A DNA stretch of 64,000 nt from positions 28,890 through 92,889 of the forward strand of contig CAVSSR010000004.1 of NCBI GenBank assembly GCA_963730615.1. Reading direction: 5' to 3'. The DNA is from an uncultured Bacteroidales bacterium (GTDB taxonomy: Bacteria > Bacteroidota > Bacteroidia > Bacteroidales > VadinHA17). Shown here piece after piece: positions 52,687 to 64,000 of the stretch. The notes under the pieces are model-generated. The model saw only the letters and a list, made by a program, of their open reading frames with translations, did not search any database and was not told the origin of the DNA. The number at the start of each line of letters is the position of its first letter. Position 1 is the stretch's first letter. A program made the position numbers and the translations under genes.

Positions 52687-53131
52687 ATGAAACCCGGTGA
52701 AGAAATAAAGAAAAGCAATCCATTCAAAGTCCCTGACGGTTACTTTGAATCTCTTACAGAACGAACAATGTCAGCCATCAGATCAGGGCACAGGAGAAGG
52801 AGACACATGAGAGGAAGTCTGAAAGCAGACTTGGCATCAGGTCTCTTCTTGCCATGGCTGCAGCCGTTGCGGCTGTTGCACTTATGACCACGGTGACCGT
52901 CAGGCTTGTCACCGGCGGCAGGGATAAACAGCAGCAGGATGAAGACACCGTGAGTTATACGCGGACCTGGCTGTTGAAGAAATAGATACATACATGATCG
53001 AGAGCGAGTGGAACCGAAACAGAAATATCCGGATCTCCACGGAAGCAGAAGAGACAATTTCCACGGATGCGATCATTGACTACCTGACGACGGAGACTAT
53101 TGATCTTAATGATATATATGAACTTTTATAA
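52687..53131 (+). CDS. Putative anti-sigma factor (several insertions)
   Basis: 'NPFKVPDGYFESL' motif, TM 'MAAAVAAVAL', acidic tail 'AIIDYL...IDLNDIYELL'. Confidence 0.7.
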
Positions 53132-53138
53132 AAGCACC

Positions 53139-53594
53139 ATGAAAAAAGTATTTTACATCATTGATCTGCCTGATGCTGTCTGCTCCTCGGTGCGGTTAAA
53201 GGACAGGAACAGAGTGACAACGAGAAAGCTTACAGCTTACAAGATCGCATTCTTCACCCAGAGGCTTGATCTTACCCCGGCAGAGGCGGAAAAATTCTGG
53301 CCGGTTTACAATGACTATCTCAGCGCGGAAGAAGCAAACTGCAGATCGACCGTGTCTCGATGATACGTTATGCCACGCAGAACGAAGCCAATATGAGCGA
53401 AGCCGAGCTTTCCTCCACTGCAGACAAGCTTGCCCAGACGTTTGTCGACGAAGCCAGCCTGGTTGCCTCTTTCAGCAATGACTCTGAAGAAGGCGCTTCC
53501 TCCGGCCAAGATCATCAGGCTCTATCAGATTGAGAACCAGTACAAGCAGCAACTGCTAAGGGAACTGAACCAGCGCAGGCAGGGGACAGAATAA
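53139..53594 (+). CDS. Periplasmic Spy/CpxP-like partner of the ECF system (several insertions)
   Basis: 'KIAFFTQRLDLTPAEAEKFWPVYN', 'LPPAKIIRLYQIE'. Confidence 0.7.
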
Positions 53595-53610
53595 CAGGTA
53601 AACCGTAATT

Positions 53611-54987
53611 TCAGGAGACTTTTCCTGACTTTATATATGCCGGGAGTTCAGACAGCGGTACGGTAGTCTGTGCTCCCGTTCTCATATCCTTGACCGTGGC
53701 TTTCTGTTCGGCTATCTCGTCGCTGCCTGCGATGATCACCCACGGTATTTTCTGTGCATCGGCATAGGCAAACTGTTTCTTCAGTTTTACGGAGTCAGGA
53801 TAAATCTCTGACGGAATACCCGCCTCGCGCAGGGAACGGATTATCTTCAGCAGCTCCGGCAGTTCTTCACGGCCGAAGTTGACCACCAGCGCTTCGGTAG
53901 CTGCTGCCGTCTGCTCCGGGAAGATGTTCAGCATGAGCATCACATCATATATCCTGTCCGCGCCAAATGAGACGCCAACGCCGGAGACACCCGGCAGGCC
54001 GAATATACCTGTCAGGTCGTCATACCTTCCTCCGCCGCATACACTTCCGATAGAGACATCCTCTGCCCTTACCTCTATGATCGCTCCGGTATAGTAATTC
54101 AGTCCGCGGGCCAGTGAGAGATCAAGCTCCACTGCTGATGCCACCGGCGCAATAGCCAGGTATCCGAAGAGCTCTTCCATCTCTGCAATGCCCTTCAGTC
54201 CTTCTTCCGATGCAGCGAGCACTTTCCTGAGTTCGAGCAGCTTTGACGGTGTTGACCCGCTGAGGCTTATCACCGGTTCCAGCTTTGCAACGGTCTCAGG
54301 TGCAATGCCGCGCTGAAGAAGCTCCTGTCTCACACCTTCTGCTCCTATCTTATCGAGCTTATCAACAGCCACGGTGATATCAGTTATTCTCTCCTTTTCT
54401 CCCGCAATTTCTGCAATGCCCGCAAGTATCTTGCGGTTATTGACTCTGATTGTCACCCTTATCTTCAGTTCAGCGAAAATGCGGTCAATTATCTGTATGA
54501 GCTCAAGTTCGTTGAGCAGGGAGTTACTGCCAATGACATCCACGTCGCACTGAAAAAATTCCCTGTATCTTCCCTTCTGCGGCTTGTCAGCCCTCCAGAC
54601 TGGTTGTATCTGGTATCTTCTGAACGGAAAGGTGATCTCATCACGATGCTGAACCACGTACCGTGCAAACGGGACAGTAAGGTCGTACCTGAGTCCTTTC
54701 TCGCAAATCAGTTGTGAAACTGCCGTGCTGCCGGCTGATGACATATCTGCCGGATTAATATCCGCAAGGAAATTTCCTGAGTTGAGTATTCTGTAAATAA
54801 GCCTGTCCCCCTCCTCTCCGTACTTGCCCAGCAGGGTTGTGAGGTTTTCCATGGCGGGTGTTTCAAGCGGCAGGTAACCAAAAAGGGAGAAGTTCCTCCG
54901 GACTGTATCGAAGATATAATTACGGCGCAGCATCTCTGCAGGAGAGAAGTCGCGCGTACCCCTCGGTATGGAAGGTTTCTGAGACAT
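53611..54987 (-). CDS. hisS: Histidyl-tRNA synthetase
   Basis: 'PRGTRDF', '[11 protein letters not shown]', '[10 protein letters not shown]', 'RGLNYYTG', 'GGGRYD'. Confidence 0.97.
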   Translation of the reverse strand: MSQKPSIPRGTRDFSPAEMLRRNYIFDTVRRNFSLFGYLPLETPAMENLTTLLGKYGEEGDRLIYRILNSGNFLADINPADMSSAGSTAVSQLICEKGLRYDLTVPFARYVVQHRDEITFPFRRYQIQPVWRADKPQKGRYREFFQCDVDVIGSNSLLNELELIQIIDRIFAELKIRVTIRVNNRKILAGIAEIAGEKERITDITVAVDKLDKIGAEGVRQELLQRGIAPETVAKLEPVISLSGSTPSKLLELRKVLAASEEGLKGIAEMEELFGYLAIAPVASAVELDLSLARGLNYYTGAIIEVRAEDVSIGSVCGGGRYDDLTGIFGLPGVSGVGVSFGADRIYDVMLMLNIFPEQTAAATEALVVNFGREELPELLKIIRSLREAGIPSEIYPDSVKLKKQFAYADAQKIPWVIIAGSDEIAEQKATVKDMRTGAQTTVPLSELPAYIKSGKVS

Positions 54988-55022
54988 GGCAATTTAATTT
55001 CCCAACAAAAATAGGAAAAAAA

Positions 55023-55100
55023 CGGGGCCGAGCGTTAAGTCCCGACACGGTATGTCGGGATAGTGAGGAGCCAGACTGCAGGGCGGGCCCAGCCCGGACT
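55023..55100. repeat. GC-rich palindromic (REP-like) intergenic element
   Basis: TCCCGACA-CGGTA-TGTCGGGA hairpin (55040-55060) plus GGGC-GGGCCC-AGCCC; core resembles 6643-6662. Confidence 0.45.
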
Positions 55101-55101
55101 C

Positions 55102-55459
55102 TTATTGTACAAACGGTATCGAGAGCGGGTATTTGAAGAGCTCACCTTTTGACGCCCTTATGCTTGCCACTATGGTGCAGACAATCTTGAGAACAATAAG
55201 CATCACAATTATGGGTATCCCGATGATAATTAAACACAAGCGGTGCAGCAAGGATAGTATAGAGCAGGATTGAGGCCTGGAAGTTGAGTGATGATTTTCC
55301 GTTTACATCAACCCAGGCTGATGTGTCCTTTCTCGACATCCAGCAGATAAGCGGGCCCAGAATTCCACCGAAGGGGAAGAAGTACCCGGCAAATGCTGAA
55401 AGGTGGCAGAACATTGCCCAGTCACGTTCCGTCTGTGTGTATGTTTTTATCTCTTCCAT
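55102..55459 (-). CDS. DUF4870 membrane protein (insertion near 55230)
   Basis: 'WAMFCHLS', 'GPLICW', 'GKSSLNFQ', reconstructed 'FKYPLSIPFVQ*'. Confidence 0.85.
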
Positions 55460-55502
55460 AGCTTTTTTCTAAAAGACGGATCCGGTACCCGGAAATGTTG
55501 CA

Positions 55503-56255
55503 TCACTTGCCTGACGGAATAAAAACGGGATGCTTTTCGTTATACTTGCGCAGATAAACGAACATCATTTTCTTCTGATTCTTATTGTGCATCGAGACAA
55601 ATTCCTCGTACAGCTCAGGGTCCTTCATCAGCAGTGACTCCAGGTTTTCAAGGTCATACTCATACTCTTTTCCGGTCTCAAAATCGATCATAAACATCTC
55701 AAGATTGGTTTTTGTCGAATTGCTGTTGTAGGGATAGCCACCGTAAGAGTAAGGGCTATAGTAGTTTGAATACGGACTATAATAGCTTGAGTAGGGCGAA
55801 TAGTATGACCCGTACGGGGAATAAGGATTATAGTACCCGTAAGGGTTATAGTTCGATGTGGTGGTTGTAACATCAGCCACAAAGTGGATTATCGATCCGA
55901 AGAAGGTGATCCTGTTGTAGTTATCCTGCACTTTGATATATAGAACACCATTCCGTGCAAATCCCCATATCGATGACTTGTCAATCTCCTGCCTGACGCC
56001 CATGCCGTCATAAAAATAGATCTTATCGGATGAGAGCACCTGGTCAAAGAAATCCTTGTCGTTATAATCTACTGAAGTAAAGAGTTTTGCCTTTGGAATT
56101 GGGTCATTGTTCTTTACCATGTCAAAATTCAGGTAAATACCGTCCCTGAACTTGAAGTCAGGAGTATACTGAACAAGAGTATCACTTCCCTGGGCCCGGG
56201 CTATGCCGGAGGCAAGAAGAACTGCGATCAGTGTCACAACGGCCTTTTTCATCAT
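55503..56255 (-). CDS. Secreted hypothetical protein with a Tyr/Ser/Pro heptad-repeat insert
   Basis: Signal peptide; internal YSPYGSY-YSPYSSY-YSPYSNY-YSPYSYG. Confidence 0.7.
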   Translation of the reverse strand: MMKKAVVTLIAVLLASGIARAQGSDTLVQYTPDFKFRDGIYLNFDMVKNNDPIPKAKLFTSVDYNDKDFFDQVLSSDKIYFYDGMGVRQEIDKSSIWGFARNGVLYIKVQDNYNRITFFGSIIHFVADVTTTTSNYNPYGYYNPYSPYGSYYSPYSSYYSPYSNYYSPYSYGGYPYNSNSTKTNLEMFMIDFETGKEYEYDLENLESLLMKDPELYEEFVSMHNKNQKKMMFVYLRKYNEKHPVFIPSGK

Positions 56256-56392
56256 GCGCTTTTATAAATCTTCCTCAAAAATTATACCGTTAAGCAAATT
56301 TAATCTTTTATATCCATGGAAAACATCCCCGGCTTTATCTTTATTGAAATTCATGTATCTTTGAACTTCATATTTCTACTGCAATATACAAC

Positions 56393-57724
56393 ATGTCACA
56401 GAGATCAAAACCTGTTGCCATTCCGCAATCAGATCTGATGACCCGACGGACAAGAGATCACATTCTTCTCCCGGTGGCAGTTGCGCTGCTTCTGGTCATC
56501 ATTGCCATAACCACGGCGGTGGCAAGTATGATATATATCCCTCTGGCAGCAGGTGTGCTGGCTGTTGTGCCCCTGATATTTGCGATTATTGGTATACGGA
56601 ACCTCATCGCCGAGAACAGGACGATCATGAAAGAGCTCTCATCGATTGCTGAGAGGAATGAGGACGTAATCAACTCATTCTCACACAAGATCAGGGAACC
56701 TCTTAACAACCTTGTGCTTCTGGGAAGCATGCTTGGCGAGACGGGTGCAACACCCAAGCAGCAGGAGCTGATAGATACAGTCCTGGCTTCAACAAGTACA
56801 ATGGTCGAAGTGGTCAATGAACTTACCATGGAGACAGCAGGAAATATGACCTCTGAACCGAGAGGAGAGATACGGTTCAAACTGGGCCCGACCATCCAGG
56901 ACACCATAGAGCTGATGAAGCTCAACAAAAGGCACCTGCAGAGTCTGATAGTGTATGATGACAAGGGTGAAGGAGCAAAAGAATACAAGGATGACCCGAT
57001 CATCATCAAACAGATACTTATCGATCTGCTAAGCGCTGCCATCTCAGTCACCTCCGGCAAGATCACCATCAAAATACAGGTCAGGGAGGCCGGTATTCAC
57101 AACGGGTTGCAGAAAGTCGAGTTCACACTGTCGTCAAACAACCCGGTGGTGTTTATCGGCGAGGGGCGTCAGCCTTATCCTCTCGCCGGCAGGCTCATAC
57201 GCAGCAGTGGCGGCAGCTGGCAGGAAACATCTGCCGGCTCAGGTTCATATTTTGTCTTCTTTATCCATCTCCGTCCAAGCGTGAAAATTGAGTCTCCGGC
57301 AGCTGCCAGCACTCTTATCAAAGGGTTGCCCGGGGAAAAGAAGAAGAAAGAACTGAAGGACCTCAACATTCTGCTGGTGGAAGATAATCCGATAAACCAG
57401 CGTATCACACAACTCATGCTTGAGCCGCTGGTTAAGAGCGTCGAGGTGGCACGCAACGGCAAGGAAGCTCTTGATATGTTCGGTACTTCACGATACGATC
57501 TTATCCTGATGGATGTGCAGATGCCGGTGATGAGCGGGCTGATCGCTGCCGAAAAGATAAGGGGCCTTGAAACGAGCACCCAGCTCCATGTTCCCATTAT
57601 AGCCATAACGGCCAACGCCATGCTGGGCGATATGGAACAGTGCCTTGCGGTAGGTATGGATGATTATATCAGCAAGCCGATAGATCCTGAGCTGCTCATT
57701 GAAAAAATCAGTGCCCTCATCTGA
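56393..57724 (+). CDS. Membrane hybrid sensor: HisKA + degenerate HATPase + receiver
   Basis: Two TMs, 'FSHKIREPLN', intact REC ('VEDN', 'LMDVQMP', 'TANA', 'ISKP'); TATCTTTG at 56356-56363. Confidence 0.8.
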   Translation: MSQRSKPVAIPQSDLMTRRTRDHILLPVAVALLLVIIAITTAVASMIYIPLAAGVLAVVPLIFAIIGIRNLIAENRTIMKELSSIAERNEDVINSFSHKIREPLNNLVLLGSMLGETGATPKQQELIDTVLASTSTMVEVVNELTMETAGNMTSEPRGEIRFKLGPTIQDTIELMKLNKRHLQSLIVYDDKGEGAKEYKDDPIIIKQILIDLLSAAISVTSGKITIKIQVREAGIHNGLQKVEFTLSSNNPVVFIGEGRQPYPLAGRLIRSSGGSWQETSAGSGSYFVFFIHLRPSVKIESPAAASTLIKGLPGEKKKKELKDLNILLVEDNPINQRITQLMLEPLVKSVEVARNGKEALDMFGTSRYDLILMDVQMPVMSGLIAAEKIRGLETSTQLHVPIIAITANAMLGDMEQCLAVGMDDYISKPIDPELLIEKISALI

Positions 57725-57726
57725 TC

Positions 57727-58731
57727 TCAGAAGGGTCTGATTCCAAGTATCATCATATCATCTATCTGTTCGAATTCCCGCATCCATGTGGTGATGGTCT
57801 CATCCAGTATCCTCTGCTGGTCACCAAGCGGATATTTGCTGATTGTCAGCAAGATATGCCGCAGTCTCCGGTACATGAACTTCTTGTTGTCGGGGCCCCC
57901 GAACTGGTCTGCATAGCCGTCAGAGAAGAGGTAGAGGATGTCGCCTTTCTGAAGCGTGAAGCTGCTGCGGTTAAATGTGACCCCGGGGACTGACTGAACG
58001 ACGTTCTGCTTATCTCCCTTTATCTCAATAAGCTTGTCGTTACGCACTATATAAACCGGAAGAAACGCGCCTGAAAATTCCATCTGCATCGACTTGCGGT
58101 CAATGACACAGATACTCATCTCAACACCATCCTTGATCAGGGCTTTGCCGTCCTCTTCCTTGAAAAAAGCTGATTCCAGCTCCCTGTTCAGTGTGAGCAG
58201 GATACCGTCGCTCTCATCGACCTTCATCTCATTAATAATCTTCTGAAGCAACTCCAGTCCTATCATTGACATGAGAGCGCCGGGCACACCATGGCCGGTA
58301 CAGTCAGCGGCTGCGATGAAGTATTTTCCGCTTCTTTCACTGATCCAGTAAAAGTCCCCGCTGACGATATGCTTCGGGCGGTAGTAAATGAAGTAGTCCG
58401 GAAAGACTTTTTTAATATGGTGTTCGGCAGGCAGAAGTGCGGTCTGTATCCGCCTTGCATAGGTAAGACTGTCCGTAATGTCCTTGTTCCTCAGCTGAAG
58501 CTCCTCCCTCTGAAAATCGATCTCGTCATAGGCAGCCTTCATCTCCCTGAGGTGCTTCCTTGTTCTTAAAAGCACCCAGTACTGCAGGACCGCCAGGTAG
58601 ATGAGCGCCGCAACGATGAACACGGCGATTGCATAATTAATGACCGGGTTATCCCTGAGATCCTGAGCCAGTGAAAGAGCTGTGCCGGTGTTAGGACAAT
58701 GCTCACCCGCTGACTGTGTTTTCTGGTTCAA
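57727..58731 (-). CDS. SpoIIE/RsbU PP2C-type phosphatase with N-terminal TM (start uncertain)
   Basis: 'VSGDFYW', 'ADCTGHGVPGA', 'FSDGYADQFGG', 'QIDD'. Confidence 0.88.
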   Translation of the reverse strand: MNQKTQSAGEHCPNTGTALSLAQDLRDNPVINYAIAVFIVAALIYLAVLQYWVLLRTRKHLREMKAAYDEIDFQREELQLRNKDITDSLTYARRIQTALLPAEHHIKKVFPDYFIYYRPKHIVSGDFYWISERSGKYFIAAADCTGHGVPGALMSMIGLELLQKIINEMKVDESDGILLTLNRELESAFFKEEDGKALIKDGVEMSICVIDRKSMQMEFSGAFLPVYIVRNDKLIEIKGDKQNVVQSVPGVTFNRSSFTLQKGDILYLFSDGYADQFGGPDNKKFMYRRLRHILLTISKYPLGDQQRILDETITTWMREFEQIDDMMILGIRPF

Positions 58732-60592
58732 CGGAGGCCAGCCCCGGCCGGAGAAGAGGCAATACTCTCAGAGAAGGCGATTGGCGGAATTCACCGATAT
58801 TATAATCTTTCCACCGACGGTCAACAAGGTCAATAGTGTCAGTATCAGAGCATACCACATTCGGCCATTCCCTCGGAAATGCCGGTATTGAACCCGGTTT
58901 GGAGGTGGCATCTATGAATATCGAGCCCCCTTTAAGGCGGTAGAAGTCACGCGACGGGTCACTGTTACCTGTGACGAGCCACATAATCATTGACGTGTCT
59001 TCTGCATCCGCCCCATGATCAACAGCCACAGTCACCGTTCCCGGGTTGGTCAGGGGGGCTTTGAGAGAATTTACCAGTCTCCTCATGTCAAGCCCTTCCG
59101 GGGGCCTCTTTATTGTCAGCACCACAACCGGAAGAGACCACTCAGCCATCGTCCTCACACCGGTGATGACATCACCGATGATTTCCGTATCAGTCAGCAG
59201 AAAAAGGGGTGCTGACCCCCGTGCCGCTGTCCGCTCTTCCGGGAGCTTGACAGTGGCGTCGATTCCCAGCTTGCCTCCCATACTGAACCTGTCGGAAGAA
59301 TGATCGAGGATATCAAGCGGACCGTGGGTGAGCAGGAGGTCAATGTTATTTCTGACATTGCTGAACACGGCTTCCGCCACTCCGCGGTAATCATTTGCTG
59401 CTGTAGGGCTGCTGACCACGATGATATACTTGCTGAACATCATCTGGCCTGCACCGAACAGGGCGTTAAGTACTTTCATTCCCTGTCCGGGGTATGTCTT
59501 GTCGATGCTGATTATGACAAGGTTATGTGCCACACCTTCAGCAGGCATGTGCATGTCTCTGATCTCCGGAGCAATGGCAAGTCTTACCGGTGCCAGGAAA
59601 ATCTTCTCGGTGGCTTTGCTTATCCACGCGTCCTCCATCGGAGGTACTCCTACTATGGTAGCAGGATAAATGGCATTCTTACGGTGGGTGATGCAGGTTA
59701 CATGAAAGCGGGGATAGAGGTCAGCCAGTGAATAAAAGCCTGTATGGTCTCCGAAGGGGCCTTCCTTTATGAGTTCTTCGGCAGGATCGACATACCCTTC
59801 AATAACAAAATCCGAGTCGGCCGGAATCCATAGGTCGTTAGTCAGGCATTTGACCATGGTAACCCTGGTGCGGCGAAGGAATGCAGCCAGCAGATACTCA
59901 TTTATTTCCTCAGGCATGGGGGCTGTGGCAGCATATGTATATACAGGGTCGCCTCCGAGGGTCACCGTTACCGGCATGCGTTTGCCTTCCTTCTTCCAGG
60001 CTTCAAAATGACGCGCTCCGGTCTTGTGACGGTGCCAGTGCATTCCTGTTATATCACTGCCCATCACCTGCATCCGGTACATCCCGAGATTGACCTTGCC
60101 TGTCACAGGGTGCCGGGTATGCACAAGAGGAAGGGTTATGTACCTGCCGCCGTCATGAGGCCAGCACTTCAGCACAGGCAGAATGTTCAGGTCATTGACA
60201 GGAGCCGTCACCTCCTGACATTCACCCCTGCCTCTCCGGCGACGCGGAGCAAGTTTCAGGTAACTCAGAAGGTGTGGCAGGCGTGCAAGCTTTGCCGAAA
60301 GAGTGCGAGCCCCGCTCATGGCTTCTGACAGGGCAAGTATTTCCTCACCGGCATCCTGAAGCGACTTCCTTCCAATGGCAGCAGCCATGCGATCGTCAGA
60401 TGCAAAAGCATTTATCAGGAGGGGGAAGGCAGTGCCGGTGTCCTCAAAGAGCAGAGCCCTGCCGCGGTTCTTTACCATACGGTCAGCGACCTCTGTTATC
60501 TCGAGAACAGGATCAACACGACATTTCACACGGTCAAGGTCGCCATGCGATTCAAGGTAGCTTACATACTGAGCCAGGCCGTTAAACGACAT
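58703..60592 (-). CDS. UbiD-family menaquinone-biosynthesis decarboxylase (MqnL-like)
   Basis: 'NLGMYRMQV', 'MHWHRHK', 'EGPFGDHTGFY', duplicated C-terminal domain. Confidence 0.88.
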   Translation of the reverse strand: MSFNGLAQYVSYLESHGDLDRVKCRVDPVLEITEVADRMVKNRGRALLFEDTGTAFPLLINAFASDDRMAAAIGRKSLQDAGEEILALSEAMSGARTLSAKLARLPHLLSYLKLAPRRRRGRGECQEVTAPVNDLNILPVLKCWPHDGGRYITLPLVHTRHPVTGKVNLGMYRMQVMGSDITGMHWHRHKTGARHFEAWKKEGKRMPVTVTLGGDPVYTYAATAPMPEEINEYLLAAFLRRTRVTMVKCLTNDLWIPADSDFVIEGYVDPAEELIKEGPFGDHTGFYSLADLYPRFHVTCITHRKNAIYPATIVGVPPMEDAWISKATEKIFLAPVRLAIAPEIRDMHMPAEGVAHNLVIISIDKTYPGQGMKVLNALFGAGQMMFSKYIIVVSSPTAANDYRGVAEAVFSNVRNNIDLLLTHGPLDILDHSSDRFSMGGKLGIDATVKLPEERTAARGSAPLFLLTDTEIIGDVITGVRTMAEWSLPVVVLTIKRPPEGLDMRRLVNSLKAPLTNPGTVTVAVDHGADAEDTSMIMWLVTGNSDPSRDFYRLKGGSIFIDATSKPGSIPAFPREWPNVVCSDTDTIDLVDRRWKDYNIGEFRQSPSLRVLPLLRPGLASVEPENTVSG

Positions 60593-60621
60593 TGAGTTGC
60601 AGATTTATGCAAAGATAAAAA

Positions 60622-60658
60622 TAAAAAAAGAGAGGCTGCCTCTTTTTGGACAGCCTCT
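60622..60658 (-). terminator. Intrinsic terminator after eno
   Basis: AGAGGCTG/CAGCCTCT stem followed by a T-tract on the minus strand. Confidence 0.75.
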
Positions 60659-60695
60659 TATGGGTGCAGCGACTTTGATTGCCGGCTTTCTGCAA

Positions 60696-61979
<1,284 letters not shown>

Positions 61980-62065
61980 TTATGTTTTGTTTGAATTTTC
62001 TTCAATATATAAAAAAGGGATACGGTCAGAACGACAATATCCCCTTATTCAATCAGCATATTATG

Positions 62066-62579
62066 CTATTCTTTTGTCTCATCATCAGCTTCCGGAGCCT
62101 TTTTACCGGCAGGCTTTTTCTTTTTCTGCGGGTGCGGCAACGTCTTCAGCGGCTTTCTTTTTAGGAGCCCGGCGGCGGCGTGTTGTCTTGGCCTTGGCAG
62201 CTTCACCGGCCTGCATGCTTTCGTTGAAATCAACGAGCTCAATAAGGCACATCTCGGCTGCATCTCCAAGACGGTTTCCCAGCTTAAGTATGCGGGTATA
62301 ACCACCTGGACGGCTTGCAATCTTCGGAGCCACTTCCCTGAACAGTTCTGAAACGGCGCTCTTGTTCTCAAGATAACTGAACACCACTCTGCGTGAGTTG
62401 GTTGAATCCTCTTTCGATTTGGTCAGGAGGGGTTCAACATACGATCTCAGTGCACGCGCCTTGGCTGCAGAGGTGGTGATACGCTTGTGCAGAATGAGTG
62501 ATGATGCCATGTTCGACATCAATGATTTCCTGTCAGCACTCTTTCTTCCAAGATGATTTATAGTTCTTAAATGTCGCAT
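62066..62579 (-). CDS. rplQ: 50S ribosomal protein bL17 with Ala/Lys tail (+1 insertion near 62122)
   Basis: 'MRH...LGR', '[10 protein letters not shown]...R.GDAAEM'. Confidence 0.96.
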
Positions 62580-62601
62580 TTCTGTTTATCCTTACCGGTT
62601 A

Positions 62602-63594
62602 TTAATCTTTGTCGAGTTTGTACTTTGCCACATCCATACCGAATGAGAGACTCATGGTTTCAAGCAGCTCGTCAAGCTCAGTCAGCGACTTCTTGCCGAA
62701 GTTGCGGAACTTGAGGAGGTCATTCTTATTGAATTTTACCAGGTCACCGAGAGATTCCACCTCTGCTGCCTTGAGGCAATTCAGGGCTCTGACGGAAAGG
62801 TCAAGGTCAACAAGCTTTGTCTTAAGCAGCTGACGCATGTGAAGGATCTCCTCATCAAACTCTTCATTTGCCATCTTGTCTTCATAATCGATGGTGATTT
62901 TATCTTCTGAGAAGAGCATGAAATGGTAAATAAGTATCTTGGCTGCCTCTTTGAGGGCATCCTTGGGATGAATTGATCCGTCAGTGCTTATCTCAATCAG
63001 AAGTTTCTCGTAGTCAGTCTTCTGTTCAACCCTGTAGTTTTCAATTGAGTACTTCACATTCCTTATGGGTGTGAAAATAGAGTCAATTGCTATCACTCCG
63101 AATTCAGCTTCAGCAGGCTGGTTTTCCTCAGCGGGAACATATCCCCTGCCCTTGCTGATGTTGATCTCCATCTGCAGCTTGACATCATGTTCAAGCCGGC
63201 AGATAATGAGCTCGGGGTTAAGAACCTCAAAGCTGCTCAGGGCATTATTGAGGTCACCGGCTTTGAAAATATCCTGACCGGTTATTTTGACCACTATCTT
63301 TTCACTGTCAACATCCTCAACCATTCTCTTAAAGCGTATCTGCTTAAGGTTCAGGATTACTTCAGTGATATCCTCCATGACTCCGGTGATGGTAGAGAAT
63401 TCATGGTCTACACCCTCTATCTTGACGGTTGTAATTGCAAACCCTTCGAGTGATGAGAGGAGAATTCGTCTGAGAGCATTACCAACGGTTATGCCGTAGC
63501 CGGGTTCAAGCGGGCGGAATTCAAACTTTCCGTACTGATCGTCCGCTTCAAGTAATATTACTTTGTCAGGTTTCTGGAATGCTAATATGGCCAT
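62602..63594 (-). CDS. rpoA: RNA polymerase alpha subunit
   Basis: '[21 protein letters not shown]', 'LSVRALNCL', 'RNFGKKSL'. Confidence 0.98.
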   Translation of the reverse strand: MAILAFQKPDKVILLEADDQYGKFEFRPLEPGYGITVGNALRRILLSSLEGFAITTVKIEGVDHEFSTITGVMEDITEVILNLKQIRFKRMVEDVDSEKIVVKITGQDIFKAGDLNNALSSFEVLNPELIICRLEHDVKLQMEINISKGRGYVPAEENQPAEAEFGVIAIDSIFTPIRNVKYSIENYRVEQKTDYEKLLIEISTDGSIHPKDALKEAAKILIYHFMLFSEDKITIDYEDKMANEEFDEEILHMRQLLKTKLVDLDLSVRALNCLKAAEVESLGDLVKFNKNDLLKFRNFGKKSLTELDELLETMSLSFGMDVAKYKLDKD

Positions 63595-63612
63595 ATGGAC
63601 AGTATTACTTTA

Positions 63613-64000
63613 TTACTTGGAATATAATTCAACGATAAGCTGTTCCTTTATATCTTCCGGTATTTCAGAACGTTCAGGGACACTCATGTACTTACCGGCC
63701 ATCTGTGTATCATCCCACTCGAGCCATGCCAGTTTTGAACGGCGGTTTGCACCAAGGCATTCAACGATGGTTTCAAGTGATTTGGATTTTTCGCGGACGC
63801 CGATAATATCACCGGGGTGGAGGATGAAAGAAGGCACGTTAACCACATTACCGTTGACGGTTATATGGCGGTGTGACACGAGCTGGCGTGCAGCTGCTCT
63901 CGTAGGAGCCACGCCGAGACGGTAGACAACGTTATCGATGCGCGATTCGAGCATCTGCAACAGCACCAATCCGGTAATACCTTTTGCTGAAGAGGCTTTC
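63613..64000 (-). CDS. rpsD: 30S ribosomal protein uS4 (5' part outside the window)
   Basis: '[13 protein letters not shown]', 'AARQLVSH', 'IVELYSK'. Confidence 0.96.
   Translation of the reverse strand, partial: KASSAKGITGLVLLQMLESRIDNVVYRLGVAPTRAAARQLVSHRHITVNGNVVNVPSFILHPGDIIGVREKSKSLETIVECLGANRRSKLAWLEWDDTQMAGKYMSVPERSEIPEDIKEQLIVELYSK

Overview
Core-chromosome segment of a Bacteroidota (Bacteroidales-like) bacterium. The assignment rests on TAnnTTTG primary-sigma promoters, T9SS/gliding genes (porP, two DUF6089/PorG-like, gldD, gldE), the bamA-skp-skp-murI cluster and the end of the alpha operon (rpsD-rpoA-rplQ) followed by eno. I found no rRNA, tRNA, CRISPR array, prophage or IS element. 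About 25 genes, several of them essential, are split, and every break I reconstructed is fixed by removing one extra base. I read this as long-read consensus error, not pseudogenisation, and call those genes as CDS across the break. Best leads: (1) an ECF sigma followed by a membrane-anchored anti-sigma-like protein that ends in PKD domains plus a T9SS type-B export signal, with a porP/sprF gene next door, possibly a sensor of T9SS activity; (2) a hairpin in the rplY leader that copies the bL25-binding loop E of 5S rRNA; (3) a stand-alone ~73-nt sRNA candidate with its own promoter and terminator; (4) a ~1,150-aa sensor/receiver/PPDK_N fusion downstream of korAB. All calls come from reading the sequence and recognising motifs; no database searches were run.
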